Positions 40,405 through 50,000 of a stretch of DNA of 64,000 bases are shown piece by piece. Position 1 is the stretch's first letter; each line of letters opens with the position of its first letter. The position numbers and the translations under genes are program-made. Source of the stretch: a virus (Duplodnaviria > Caudoviricetes); the IMG/VR virus record IMGVR_UViG_3300028833_001955, positions 116 through 64,115 of that record. One strand, written 5' to 3'. The notes under the pieces are model-generated. The model saw only the letters and a list, made by a program, of their open reading frames with translations, was not told the origin of the DNA and made no database searches.

Positions 40405-41151
40405 TTACATCTTTGGTTTATATTCGTCTTTTATTGGACAATTATCAAACATGCTTGCTGTATACTTTCCATTTAAATTCCATTTTGATAAATCTTGGTT
40501 GAAAGATTTTGCGTTCTCAAACATATGACTCATATTTTTAACACGTGAAACAACCCATTTTCCAATAGGTTGGTTGAAAGATTCTGCATTAAGAAACATA
40601 CCACTCAAATTTGTAACTTTTAATACTTTCCAATCACCTATTGGTTGGTTGAAAGATTCTGCATTAAGAAACATACCACTCAAATTTGTAACTTTTAATA
40701 CTTTCCAATCACCTATTGGTTGGTTGAATGATTTTGCATCACTAAACATATATTTCATATTTTTAACATTTGAAACGTCCCAATTACATATTGATTGATT
40801 GAATGATACTGCATCTTTAAACATATAACTCATATCTTCAACACTTGAAACACTCCAACCAGAAATATCCCCGTTGAACGTTTCATTGTTTTCAAATAAC
40901 GATTTCATATCTTCAATATCAGAAGTATCTATATCATTGAAGTCACCCTCATCTCCTCTCACTTTAATCATTTTTTCCAATAATTTTTTTAAATTATTTT
41001 TATCTTTCGGTTTATATCCTCTTCTATAGATATTTCCATTATTATCTGTAAATGAAACTATTTCAACATCAAGACCTTCTATGTTTATTATATCTTCTTC
41101 TCTTACCGTCTCACCGAAATATTCTTCTGTTATAGTTTTAAGTATTCCCAT
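40405..41151 (-). CDS. MGILK-leader DUF285/BspA-type repeat protein (6 units)
   Basis: First gene of array 2; contains an exact 75-bp duplication. Confidence 0.9.
   Translation of the reverse strand: MGILKTITEEYFGETVREEDIINIEGLDVEIVSFTDNNGNIYRRGYKPKDKNNLKKLLEKMIKVRGDEGDFNDIDTSDIEDMKSLFENNETFNGDISGWSVSSVEDMSYMFKDAVSFNQSICNWDVSNVKNMKYMFSDAKSFNQPIGDWKVLKVTNLSGMFLNAESFNQPIGDWKVLKVTNLSGMFLNAESFNQPIGKWVVSRVKNMSHMFENAKSFNQDLSKWNLNGKYTASMFDNCPIKDEYKPKM
40568..40728. repeat. Exact 75-bp tandem duplication (one repeat unit)
   Basis: Copies start at 40568 and 40643 and encode FNQPIGDWKVLKVTNLSGMFLNAES twice. Confidence 0.95.
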
Positions 41152-41169
41152 ACTATTATTATTATATTT

Positions 41170-41214
41170 TATTTATGTAGTTTATTGCATTTCAAGAAAA
41201 AATTTGTTATATTT
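41170..41214. promoter_or_regulatory. Divergent pair: CATAAATA (minus, 41170-41177) and TTGTTATATTT (plus, 41204-41214)
   Basis: The late-like site faces array 2. Confidence 0.65.
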
Positions 41215-41220
41215 AATAGT

Positions 41221-41925
41221 ATGAAAATAATACTTGATGAACTAACACCGAAAGAATTTTTCTCGAATGGAGGAATCGTTAAAATCCAAATCGACCCAAA
41301 TTTATTCAAACAAAAAAAGAATAAGTTTCTTTTTTATGAATATAGGGGATATATTCGTTTTTTAAGGGAAATTTATCTTAAATATATGTCCATCTATTCC
41401 GATATGACTCCACAAGAGGTGTATGGAAAAGTAAATTCATTGATAAAACTCCAATGTACAATAGGAACAAAGGAATATACGATAGACCCTAATTTTGATG
41501 GTGTCGGTTCCTTAGAATTTTGCAATTTTTACTATTGTTATGACAATGATTTTTTTGAAAAATCCACCCAGCAGAAAATAGACGTTTATAAGATGGAAAA
41601 TGTAAATTTTTCCACCATAGATATAAACGACAGTAATTGGAATATATATGAAAAACAAAGACTTGAACGTGGATTTGATGATTCCGAGTTGTGGTGTTTG
41701 AACAATACAATATCAAATTTTATACTTCCAAGATTGAAGGCGTTTAAAGAGAAACACTACAGTACTCCGGAAAATATGACAAGTGACGAATGGGACAATA
41801 TTCTTGAAAGAATAATAATCGCTTTTGAAATTGTAAGAAAAGACGACCCGACAGAAGAAGAGATGTATAAAATGGAATGTGGATTGAAACTTTTTGCAAG
41901 ATATTTGAAAAATATGTGGGATTAA
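41221..41925 (+). CDS. Hypothetical protein
   Basis: ATG start chosen; C-half reads ERGFDDSELW...FILPRLKAFK. Confidence 0.65.
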   Translation: MKIILDELTPKEFFSNGGIVKIQIDPNLFKQKKNKFLFYEYRGYIRFLREIYLKYMSIYSDMTPQEVYGKVNSLIKLQCTIGTKEYTIDPNFDGVGSLEFCNFYYCYDNDFFEKSTQQKIDVYKMENVNFSTIDINDSNWNIYEKQRLERGFDDSELWCLNNTISNFILPRLKAFKEKHYSTPENMTSDEWDNILERIIIAFEIVRKDDPTEEEMYKMECGLKLFARYLKNMWD

Positions 41926-41928
41926 ATT

Positions 41929-42555
41929 ATGGAAAAAGAAAAATTTTTAATTTTGAATCGCTGGAGAACACCCGATGGAACGATTCTGACATCTAGATAC
42001 AGACATGAATATGTTGAACACACAGACAAAAACGGAGAATATTACTTTGTTGACGGAGGTTCTGACTATATTCGTTTGTCTGTCAATAATGAAAAGATGA
42101 CAGACATGTGTGTATATTCAGACAGTCCATTTGATGAAATTAGAAGAATTATGGTACGTGGTACGTTCAATGAAGATAACAAACCTATCTTTATTCCTTT
42201 GTGTAATATGTCAAATCCACATCTCGAAAATTGTATAATATACTATTCTAATTTATTCGATGAGAACGGATGTAAAAATAAGTATATGCACTTCTATCTT
42301 CTTGAACTAATTGCAAGATGGTATGCAAACAAGTTTATCACCAATAAAACATACACCATCGAAGACACGACAACTGATAATGTTGAAACTATTTCTGAAC
42401 CATATTTTCCATCCATTGAAGACGTTTTGGATTATGGAATATTGGAAACTGTTGCTAAAATCAAAGAAAATATATCAACAGATATTCATAGTGATAAAAA
42501 GGAAATGATGGAACTTATTATCCATCTATACAATCTATTAAAAAGACAAAAATAA
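41929..42555 (+). CDS. Hypothetical protein
   Basis: Contains FVDGGSDYIR; family not firmly assigned. Confidence 0.65.
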   Translation: MEKEKFLILNRWRTPDGTILTSRYRHEYVEHTDKNGEYYFVDGGSDYIRLSVNNEKMTDMCVYSDSPFDEIRRIMVRGTFNEDNKPIFIPLCNMSNPHLENCIIYYSNLFDENGCKNKYMHFYLLELIARWYANKFITNKTYTIEDTTTDNVETISEPYFPSIEDVLDYGILETVAKIKENISTDIHSDKKEMMELIIHLYNLLKRQK

Positions 42556-42581
42556 AAAAGGGTGATTTCTCACCCTTTTTT
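42554..42581. terminator. Bidirectional terminator
   Basis: AAAAAAGGGTGA-tttc-TCACCCTTTTTT; contains the TGA stop of the minus-strand gene. Confidence 0.85.
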
Positions 42582-43091
42582 ATTTTCTATACTTTCTATG
42601 AATAATTTATTGTAAATTCCACCATAGAATTTTGTCTTACTAATCACATCCATGACTTCTTTGTTTGTATATTCACCAAATACAACATATTCGTCATTGT
42701 CTATGTCTCTATGTAAAGCGAGTTCGGCGGTTATGTCTATATACTTGTCACCAATTTTGTTGAATGCATGTTCTATCGGGATACCCATGCAACTCATATA
42801 TCCTTCACAATACATTATATCTGGTATATCACACTCAGTCAAAAGATATGAATTTTTGTAGCATTCTTTTTGTCTTGGATGTATTTCCATTTTTATTTTT
42901 CTTATTTCATCCTCAGAAAAAATACTATATATTGATGTGCATCTTATTATTTTTGAATCAGATAACATTTTTTCATACATTTGCTTTTGATACCCGCTTG
43001 TTATCTGGGTAAGTTTTTCGAGAAAGGAAATTATATCTCTTCCGTTTGAATCATTTTTCTCGTTTATGAACTGTATAAATTTTTTTACCAT
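42570..43091 (-). CDS. Cys-His (papain/transglutaminase-like) candidate with capsid-targeting-like N-terminus
   Basis: Starts MVKKFIQFINE; CYKNS...YCEGY...IEHAFN...DIT. Confidence 0.5.
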   Translation of the reverse strand: MVKKFIQFINEKNDSNGRDIISFLEKLTQITSGYQKQMYEKMLSDSKIIRCTSIYSIFSEDEIRKIKMEIHPRQKECYKNSYLLTECDIPDIMYCEGYMSCMGIPIEHAFNKIGDKYIDITAELALHRDIDNDEYVVFGEYTNKEVMDVISKTKFYGGIYNKLFIESIENKKG

Positions 43092-43095
43092 AATA

Positions 43096-43112
43096 TATTT
43101 ATGTCATAAATA
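43096..43112. promoter_or_regulatory. Back-to-back late-promoter pair TATTTATG-T-CATAAATA
   Basis: Same geometry as 19444-19460. Confidence 0.7.
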
Positions 43113-43137
43113 AGATATAATACATCTTATAAGATAA

Positions 43138-44799
43138 ATGCCTACATATACTTATAACAACGGTAATTTTTCATCGACAACAAACATTGTGAATGGAGTT
43201 GCATACACACAGAATATTATGATGCTGAACTCAACCGGCAATGGTTGTGGTGATTCTCCATGCCCACAAGGATATTCACTTTATTTCCCTTGTCTTAAAA
43301 ATATAACAAGAGGTGAAGATGTCTGTTTTGACTTTTATGTTGTCGACAATGTTACAAAGGATGTTGTCGATTTGAGAAAGGTCGACGCCCTTTCTATAAC
43401 TCTAACCGGAAATTTTGGATGCACACTCGGTACATATACATACCCAAGTGACGACGGATATATTAGACCATTACAGAAAATTGAATACAAACACATTTTG
43501 GAAGAAGGATTCAAGGAAAGGGGGAAATTCAACCTCAACGTGGTTTCTGTTGATACTGATTTGGAAGAAATATCAGAATCAAACATCAATGGAAAAATAG
43601 GTCCTTATTACGAGGGTGATACTGTCGTATTGGAAGCATACGATACAGAATCATATATTTTTGTCGGATGGGTTGATTTAGATTCAGAACTCGACGACGA
43701 ATGTGATGATTATTATTATTCTACAAATCATAGAATTGTTTTCAAGATATATTCCGATAAAAATATTGCAGCAATATATAGAAAAAGGGAAACATACACA
43801 ATTGAATTTGACACAAAAAATTCACTGTTCAACTATTATTATAGAAACAAAGAATATGAACTTCTCGAAAACAGGATAACCGTTAAGGAAGGGGAGTTCA
43901 TCATCGTAAGGTCTATTCCGGTTAATTGTATTTTTTCAAAATGGAACTTATCTGGTTTAAAAGAATGTTGGCACACAGATGAAAAAAATATTGTCATGCA
44001 GATTTGTGTTAAATCAAATATCAGATTGAAGATAGATTCAATAGATATTCATTCCGACTTGGATTGGGACGATGACAGTGATAGTGAAAACATGAATCCA
44101 TATGATTTGAATTTTGTGAATTTTACAATGCAGTCTTTGATTTCATTGTGTGGAATAGACATAAACAAAGGTGTTGTTGGTGAACATAATCTTGAAAGAA
44201 ATGTTTTGACAAATGACATCGTATTTTCACCAGATACAGATATTTCGAAAATGTTTGTTTCATGTACTCCAACTGACTATAAGAATTTGTATTGCTATCA
44301 TAGTGGAACAAATACTATGTTAAGATTTGGAAATGAGGATGAAAACGGATATTTGTCGTTTTCGAATCCGGTTGTGGAAAATGAAACGGTAATTGAGGTT
44401 TACTGTATGAAATACAACAACGAAGTTTGTTCAATTTCAGTAAAACTTGATGACGATGAGCAACAGGTTAAAGAACTTTATGACTCAAGTGTGAATATCC
44501 TTACTTTTAAATTCGATAAGATTGATTTTAAAACAATAACAATATCGTCTGTCGGTGAAGTATTTCCAGAGGAAAAATCGGGTATCTGTTTTGTTGATAA
44601 AATAATAGTTTCGGATGATACAATCATAGATAAAGGAAAGGCAACATTATGTCTTCCTGGCTCGGTTACATCTACTTTCCATCGTGGTAAGATAACCGCC
44701 ACCGGTGCAATCATGGTGGGTGGAAAAGTATACGGTCTCCCATGCACCATGATTGGAAACGTAAGTGGAAATCCAATAATAAATCAAATAATAATATAA
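43138..44799 (+). CDS. Probable virion structural protein
   Basis: Late-like promoter; beta-rich; LEAYDTESYIFVGW resembles small Ig-like repeat domains. Confidence 0.5.
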   Translation: MPTYTYNNGNFSSTTNIVNGVAYTQNIMMLNSTGNGCGDSPCPQGYSLYFPCLKNITRGEDVCFDFYVVDNVTKDVVDLRKVDALSITLTGNFGCTLGTYTYPSDDGYIRPLQKIEYKHILEEGFKERGKFNLNVVSVDTDLEEISESNINGKIGPYYEGDTVVLEAYDTESYIFVGWVDLDSELDDECDDYYYSTNHRIVFKIYSDKNIAAIYRKRETYTIEFDTKNSLFNYYYRNKEYELLENRITVKEGEFIIVRSIPVNCIFSKWNLSGLKECWHTDEKNIVMQICVKSNIRLKIDSIDIHSDLDWDDDSDSENMNPYDLNFVNFTMQSLISLCGIDINKGVVGEHNLERNVLTNDIVFSPDTDISKMFVSCTPTDYKNLYCYHSGTNTMLRFGNEDENGYLSFSNPVVENETVIEVYCMKYNNEVCSISVKLDDDEQQVKELYDSSVNILTFKFDKIDFKTITISSVGEVFPEEKSGICFVDKIIVSDDTIIDKGKATLCLPGSVTSTFHRGKITATGAIMVGGKVYGLPCTMIGNVSGNPIINQIII

Positions 44800-44802
44800 A
44801 AA

Positions 44803-46266
44803 ATGAATAACATATTGACTATTGAAGAATTTTTACAAGAAGATTATGAGAGTTTAAACGAGGGTCTTTTGACAAATCTTTTTGGAGCCATTTTGAGAAA
44901 AGATATGTGGAGTCTCGTAAAAGGTGAAAATTCTATAAAAAAGGAATTTCGTGAGATAGACGACAAATTGAATGGATTCTATCTAACAAAGGTGAAAAAT
45001 CCAAACGCTTCACAGAATGTCCGTCAGACACTTGTTGAGTGGGCTGGTGAGATATATAAAGCCAAAGTCGAAGCAAAGGAAAAATTTGAAAAAGAAAACA
45101 AAGATGGTGAAGAAACTTTCCCACTTGAAGATATTCTAGGTATGTTCGCCTTTTCAACCGAAAGTGAGTTAAAAAAGGGTGGTGTTACAGACGAGTCGAT
45201 AAAAAGTTTCAGAGAACTTCATAAAGACCTCGATATAGACACCAGGATGGACGAAAATCCTTCGTTAAAGAAAATGGTCGAACAGATAAAGAAAATCGAC
45301 GAGAGATACCAAAAAATGCTCGATGAGTACACATCCGGTTCTGCTGATTTGAGAAGGTGGGCAAAACTATTGAAATCAAATATGGAAATCATCATAGACA
45401 AACTACTTTGTGACAAATATGATGAAAAAAATAGATTCGCCGAAGACTTGAAAAGTGTGAAAAGTAAAAGAAATAAAAAGAATGAAGAAAAAAATTCAAA
45501 AGAGGTAAAACAACAAAAGGATGAACTTATTGACTTGGAAAATAATAGGAAGAAAAGTCTAGAAGATATAGGTGCAGAACCAAACAAAGCATATTCTTTT
45601 ACCGATATGGAAAAATATGCTAAGTTGATGAATTTGAAAGATGTAGAAACCGATTTGGATAATTATATTCCAGAAAGTCTTAAATCAAGTGATTTCCCAA
45701 AAAAAAGAAAAATAAGCATTGACAAATTGATAAAATTAGTTGGAGATGTGTTTGATATAAACCCAGAGAATGAGAAAGATTATGAGAATGTGATTAAAAC
45801 ATTAAAAATAATTACATCGTTTTTTGAAAATCTTGATAAAAATTTCTCAAATGTAGAAGAGTTCTCAAATCCGAAAGGTTTTACACCACAAATATTTACA
45901 TCAGCAATTTTCAATTTTACATTTTATTGTTTTTCTGGAAACGATAATATTTTCAAACATGAAAATGGAGCAGCAATTGATATGATATCGATGTGTTGTG
46001 CTTACAACAATGTACTTTCTGGATTCGGACTTCCATGTCCGAAAGAAGATGAGAAAAAGGACGACAGTGAAAAAAGAAGTGCTTTTGGATTTTTTGTGGA
46101 TGAATTTGAAAAAATCATCAAAAAAGAAAACGACAAAGAAGTTCTCACAAATTTCAAAAAGATAAAAGACTTAATCTTGAAAAAAGCAAATGAAATCTTT
46201 AAAAAAAATAAAGATGAGAACGAAAAAGAAATGAAAGAAGATGAACGAAAAGATAATAATGAATAA
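44803..46266 (+). CDS. Helical Lys/Glu-rich protein with capsid-targeting-like N-terminus
   Basis: Starts MNNILTIEEFLQEDYESLNEGLL. Confidence 0.65.
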   Translation: MNNILTIEEFLQEDYESLNEGLLTNLFGAILRKDMWSLVKGENSIKKEFREIDDKLNGFYLTKVKNPNASQNVRQTLVEWAGEIYKAKVEAKEKFEKENKDGEETFPLEDILGMFAFSTESELKKGGVTDESIKSFRELHKDLDIDTRMDENPSLKKMVEQIKKIDERYQKMLDEYTSGSADLRRWAKLLKSNMEIIIDKLLCDKYDEKNRFAEDLKSVKSKRNKKNEEKNSKEVKQQKDELIDLENNRKKSLEDIGAEPNKAYSFTDMEKYAKLMNLKDVETDLDNYIPESLKSSDFPKKRKISIDKLIKLVGDVFDINPENEKDYENVIKTLKIITSFFENLDKNFSNVEEFSNPKGFTPQIFTSAIFNFTFYCFSGNDNIFKHENGAAIDMISMCCAYNNVLSGFGLPCPKEDEKKDDSEKRSAFGFFVDEFEKIIKKENDKEVLTNFKKIKDLILKKANEIFKKNKDENEKEMKEDERKDNNE

Positions 46267-46298
46267 AAAAAGAGGATTCCATTCGGAATCCTCTTTTT
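46265..46298. terminator. Bidirectional terminator
   Basis: AAAAAGAGGATTCC-attc-GGAATCCTCTTTTT. Confidence 0.85.
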
Positions 46299-46314
46299 GT
46301 TTTTTCTCTTCAAG

Positions 46315-46896
46315 TTACTGAACTGATGGAAGACCGATTGTCTCTTCATCCCAGTAGTCACAAATAAATGTGATTTGAAGTTCGTTTGCCTCGTTGACAT
46401 TGTCATAGTTTCTGTCACCCATACCTGTCATCTGACCCGATGGGAAAATGTCTTTACAAGTAATCTTTCTCCAGACTGAACCGTCACGGTTGTATTCAAC
46501 AATGACCATAGTTCCACAATAGATTGCCTTCAATCCTTGAGAACCCGTTGCAGGGTTGTAAATCAAGTTCGTCCAGTTACGAAGTGCAGTATAGATATAG
46601 TTTTCGTTGGCGTTGTTCAAGTTCAATGAAAATGTGATACCTATTTCCAAGTGTGTCTGGTCTGGACCACCGGCATAGTGTCTTTCTGCAAATTTGAACT
46701 TCTGTACAGCGGTACCTACTGCTGGATTCAACCCGTCAAGTCCGGAAATACTACGTACATGTTCGAGAAGCAATGCTGAATCGGCTGTTACAGCACCATT
46801 CAAAGGTGACATAATCGTGACCTCGAAAAGCGATGGATTCACCACTTCCCATTTATTCATACTGGCTTGACTATTCCTATAATGAGATAATGCCAT
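46315..46896 (-). CDS. gp19: Tail tube protein, gp19-like
   Basis: FEVTI...TFSLN...WTNLIYNPATG...MVIVEYNRDG...IFP...LQITFICDYW; next to the sheath gene. Confidence 0.78.
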   Translation of the reverse strand: MALSHYRNSQASMNKWEVVNPSLFEVTIMSPLNGAVTADSALLLEHVRSISGLDGLNPAVGTAVQKFKFAERHYAGGPDQTHLEIGITFSLNLNNANENYIYTALRNWTNLIYNPATGSQGLKAIYCGTMVIVEYNRDGSVWRKITCKDIFPSGQMTGMGDRNYDNVNEANELQITFICDYWDEETIGLPSVQ

Positions 46897-46947
46897 ATTG
46901 TTTTGGTTATTTTATATATTTGTGAGAAGAAACCTCCTTCTCATCAT

Positions 46948-46988
46948 TATTTATGATTTTATTATTTGAAAAAAATCTTTCATAAATA
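46948..46988. promoter_or_regulatory. Divergent late-promoter-like sites (minus 46948-46955; plus 46981-46988)
   Basis: CATAAATA facing the tube gene and the sheath gene. Confidence 0.7.
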
Positions 46989-47014
46989 AGATATATCAAA
47001 AAAATTATAATAAT

Positions 47015-50000
47015 ATGGCTTTAGATGCAGAATTGAGTAATTTGAAATCAGCTGGTACATATCGTTTTGAGAGAGACCTTAGTACCATTTCAAATGATAC
47101 AACCACATACTCTAATTTGAGATTGGTTGTTGGATTCTCAAAGATTGGTCCATTTAACACACCAATGTTGGTGACAAATTCAGCACAATTTGTGAAACTT
47201 TACGGTCCAATCGACCGTTCCCTTGAAAAGAGGGGTTCTTATTTTCACAGAAGTTGTCTCGTCGCCCTCAGTGCCGGTCCTATTCTTTGCTTGAATCTTT
47301 TGAACCTTGACCCAGACATCGACCAGGTTCCACAGAAGAGTTTTTCTGTCAATACAAAGTACTACAACAAACCACTTGTTACACTGCCATTGATTTCTAT
47401 CTATGACACTGATAAGTTCTGGTTTGCAAGTGAACAAGCATACTTGGACAGTATCGAAAGATACTTGAACAAAAATGCTGCACAGGAACTTCTCAACAAC
47501 GATGGTGACATTGACAGATATAATGGTGACTACACTACCAACATTCTTCATTTCACCAATGTAGGTAAGAAACCCGTTTCTATCCTTGTTAAGAAAGCAA
47601 GTACTTATGCAACAACAGGTTATGAAACAACATTGAATGATTGGTATGGTCAAGGTAATGTTCCCGAATACCTTAATGGAACTTCTTATGTAAGTGACTA
47701 TATGGTTGAGGTTTATGTTATTGCCGGTGACTTTGGTCCAGCAACAATCAAATCAAACGGTATCCCAACAAGTACCGATTTGGATGACGATGGTGAGGCA
47801 GAAATCATCTATCGTTATGACATTAACGACAAAGACGGAAACAATCCATATTCAAGATTCACATCTGATATCATCTATCAGAACTACTTTGACAAGGACG
47901 GTTTCATCCGTAAGGACAGAAGTACTGATACGACTGACACTAAACTTGCTAGATTCTTGAACCTTTCATCTGTGAAACTTCTCGGTAAGTACACCGGTTC
48001 TTTGATTCCTAACTTTGTAACAAAACTCGGTCAGAATATCTGGATTCAGAAACTTGTAAATGATGACACAAGTGTCAACGGTGTTCTTTGTGCAGAAAAC
48101 ATAGAGAACCTTGAAAACATTGAGGAAGTCAATGGTATCATCAATGAGAACATCGACATCATCGGACATAACATTCCGGCTATGTTGAAGACAACAGATG
48201 AAAAATATATAGATTTTAACTTCTTGTCTTATAAAACAGATGTTCCATCCTCTGAAAGATTTTTGTATTTTTCAGCAGATGTTAATAATGACGATTATTT
48301 TATCGACGATGGATTGAGAGATGGTGTCGTTGTCTATAAATATGAAAACAAGGATAATAATCCAGATGCCCCATATAATAGATACAAATGGACAATGTAT
48401 GAAATCATCGTGGAAAATGGTCCATATAAAGGAACACATAAACCGGATGATATCGTAGAAGGTCTACCAGGAGATGAACAAACCACATGGAAACAATGGA
48501 TTAACAGTCATGGTCTTTTGAATGGAAGTCTCACAGAAAATATATATACTTTTGAAAGTGATTTTAATGTCGGTGTTGTCCCAAGTAGAATTAGAGTCAT
48601 AAACGAACACGATGATGAAATTCAAGGACCTGTAAAATATACAGAATCCAATCCTTTGATTACAGACATCACCAAATTTGAAGACAATGAAGTTATCTTT
48701 AATAATGACACTTATCCAATAGAAGTTCTACATACGACAGCAAGACCGGAAAGTCCACTTATTGGTGAAATACGTGGAAACGAAGTACTTGTTCCCGCTG
48801 GTGTAAATATTGTCGCCGGTGACTATGTTATCTCATGTGTACCTGGTATTGAGGATGAAGACGGTGTGTCCGTTACATACCCATTCTCACGTTTGACCCG
48901 TGTTGTAGAGACTCGTGGTGTATATGCAGACACTTCAGATGACAGTGAAGATGCAGTAAGACTCACCAAGGTCGCTATCAAGGTTGTATGTGCAGACATT
49001 GTTGATAAATCAGCAGATGGTTATATCAGAAAGTTCAAGACAATCGACCAATATGCAGAACACTTCCAATGGACATGTCTTAAAGGTTTCCAACTCCGTG
49101 ACGAATTGATGCCAAATGGAACAAACGAGAGACAGAATGAAATCCTTGATGTCCTTCGTGAAGACCCAAGAGTAAACGGAACGAAGTCCAACTTGTTTAA
49201 GACACTCTGTGACCGTGACTATATCCAGTGGAGATACCTTGTAGATACATTCGGATACGGTATTGAGGAATCAAGTAAGGATGTGTATACACTTCTTTGT
49301 AAGAAGCGTCAAAGTGCATTGGCAATCATCAACTGTCCATCACAGGCAGACTTCAAGAAATCAACTGACCCATCATTCGTGAATGCAAGAAATTCAGTCG
49401 AGGCCGAGTTTATTGCAAAGGGTGGTGATTCATCAAAGACTCCTTCGTTCCTCTACACACTTCCATCAGCAGAAAATGGTGCTTCATTCGGTGCATACTA
49501 CTACCCATTCTTGAGAATATCTGATTTGAGTGCAACAAAGAGTGTACCACCTGCCGCCTACGTTTCTAACTTGTATATCTCTAAGTACAATGCAAGTAAC
49601 GCTTGGTCAATCGTCGCCGGTCAGAGAAGAGGTGTTATCTCAGGTAACCAAGTTATCGGTGTTGAAGCAACTCTCGTACATGACAACCGTGACTGGCTTG
49701 AACCAGCAGGTATCAACTCAATCATTTGGGAGAATGGTGTCGGTGTTGAAATTTATGCAAACAAGACTGCAAAACAGAGTCCTAAATCTGCATTGAGTTC
49801 AATCCACGTCCGTGAGTGCTGTATTTACATACAGGATAACGTTGAAACGATTCTCCGTAAGTATGTGTTTGAAATGAACACTGCTCAGACTCGTTTGGAA
49901 ATTAAGACTTTGGTTGATAATTTCTTAGAGGGTGTGAAAGCAGACGGTGGTGTTTATGAATACAAAACCGTTATGGATACATCAAATAACACACAAGAAG

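Noticed and set aside
14212-40798. Plus-strand ORFs over the arrays (e.g. 17397-17609, 18382-18570, 39072-39392, 40288-40476)
   Set aside because: These are antisense shadows of the repeats. They recur only because the sense-strand DNA recurs.
37502-41151. Diversity-generating retroelement driving repeat variation
   Set aside because: There is no reverse transcriptase in the window, and I saw no template/variable pair differing only at adenines. The differences look like block shuffling. An RT elsewhere in the genome is not excluded.
14902-41151. DUF285 proteins as secreted or lipoprotein surface antigens of a bacterial host
   Set aside because: The N-termini are charged, with no hydrophobic h-region or lipobox, and the context is entirely phage.
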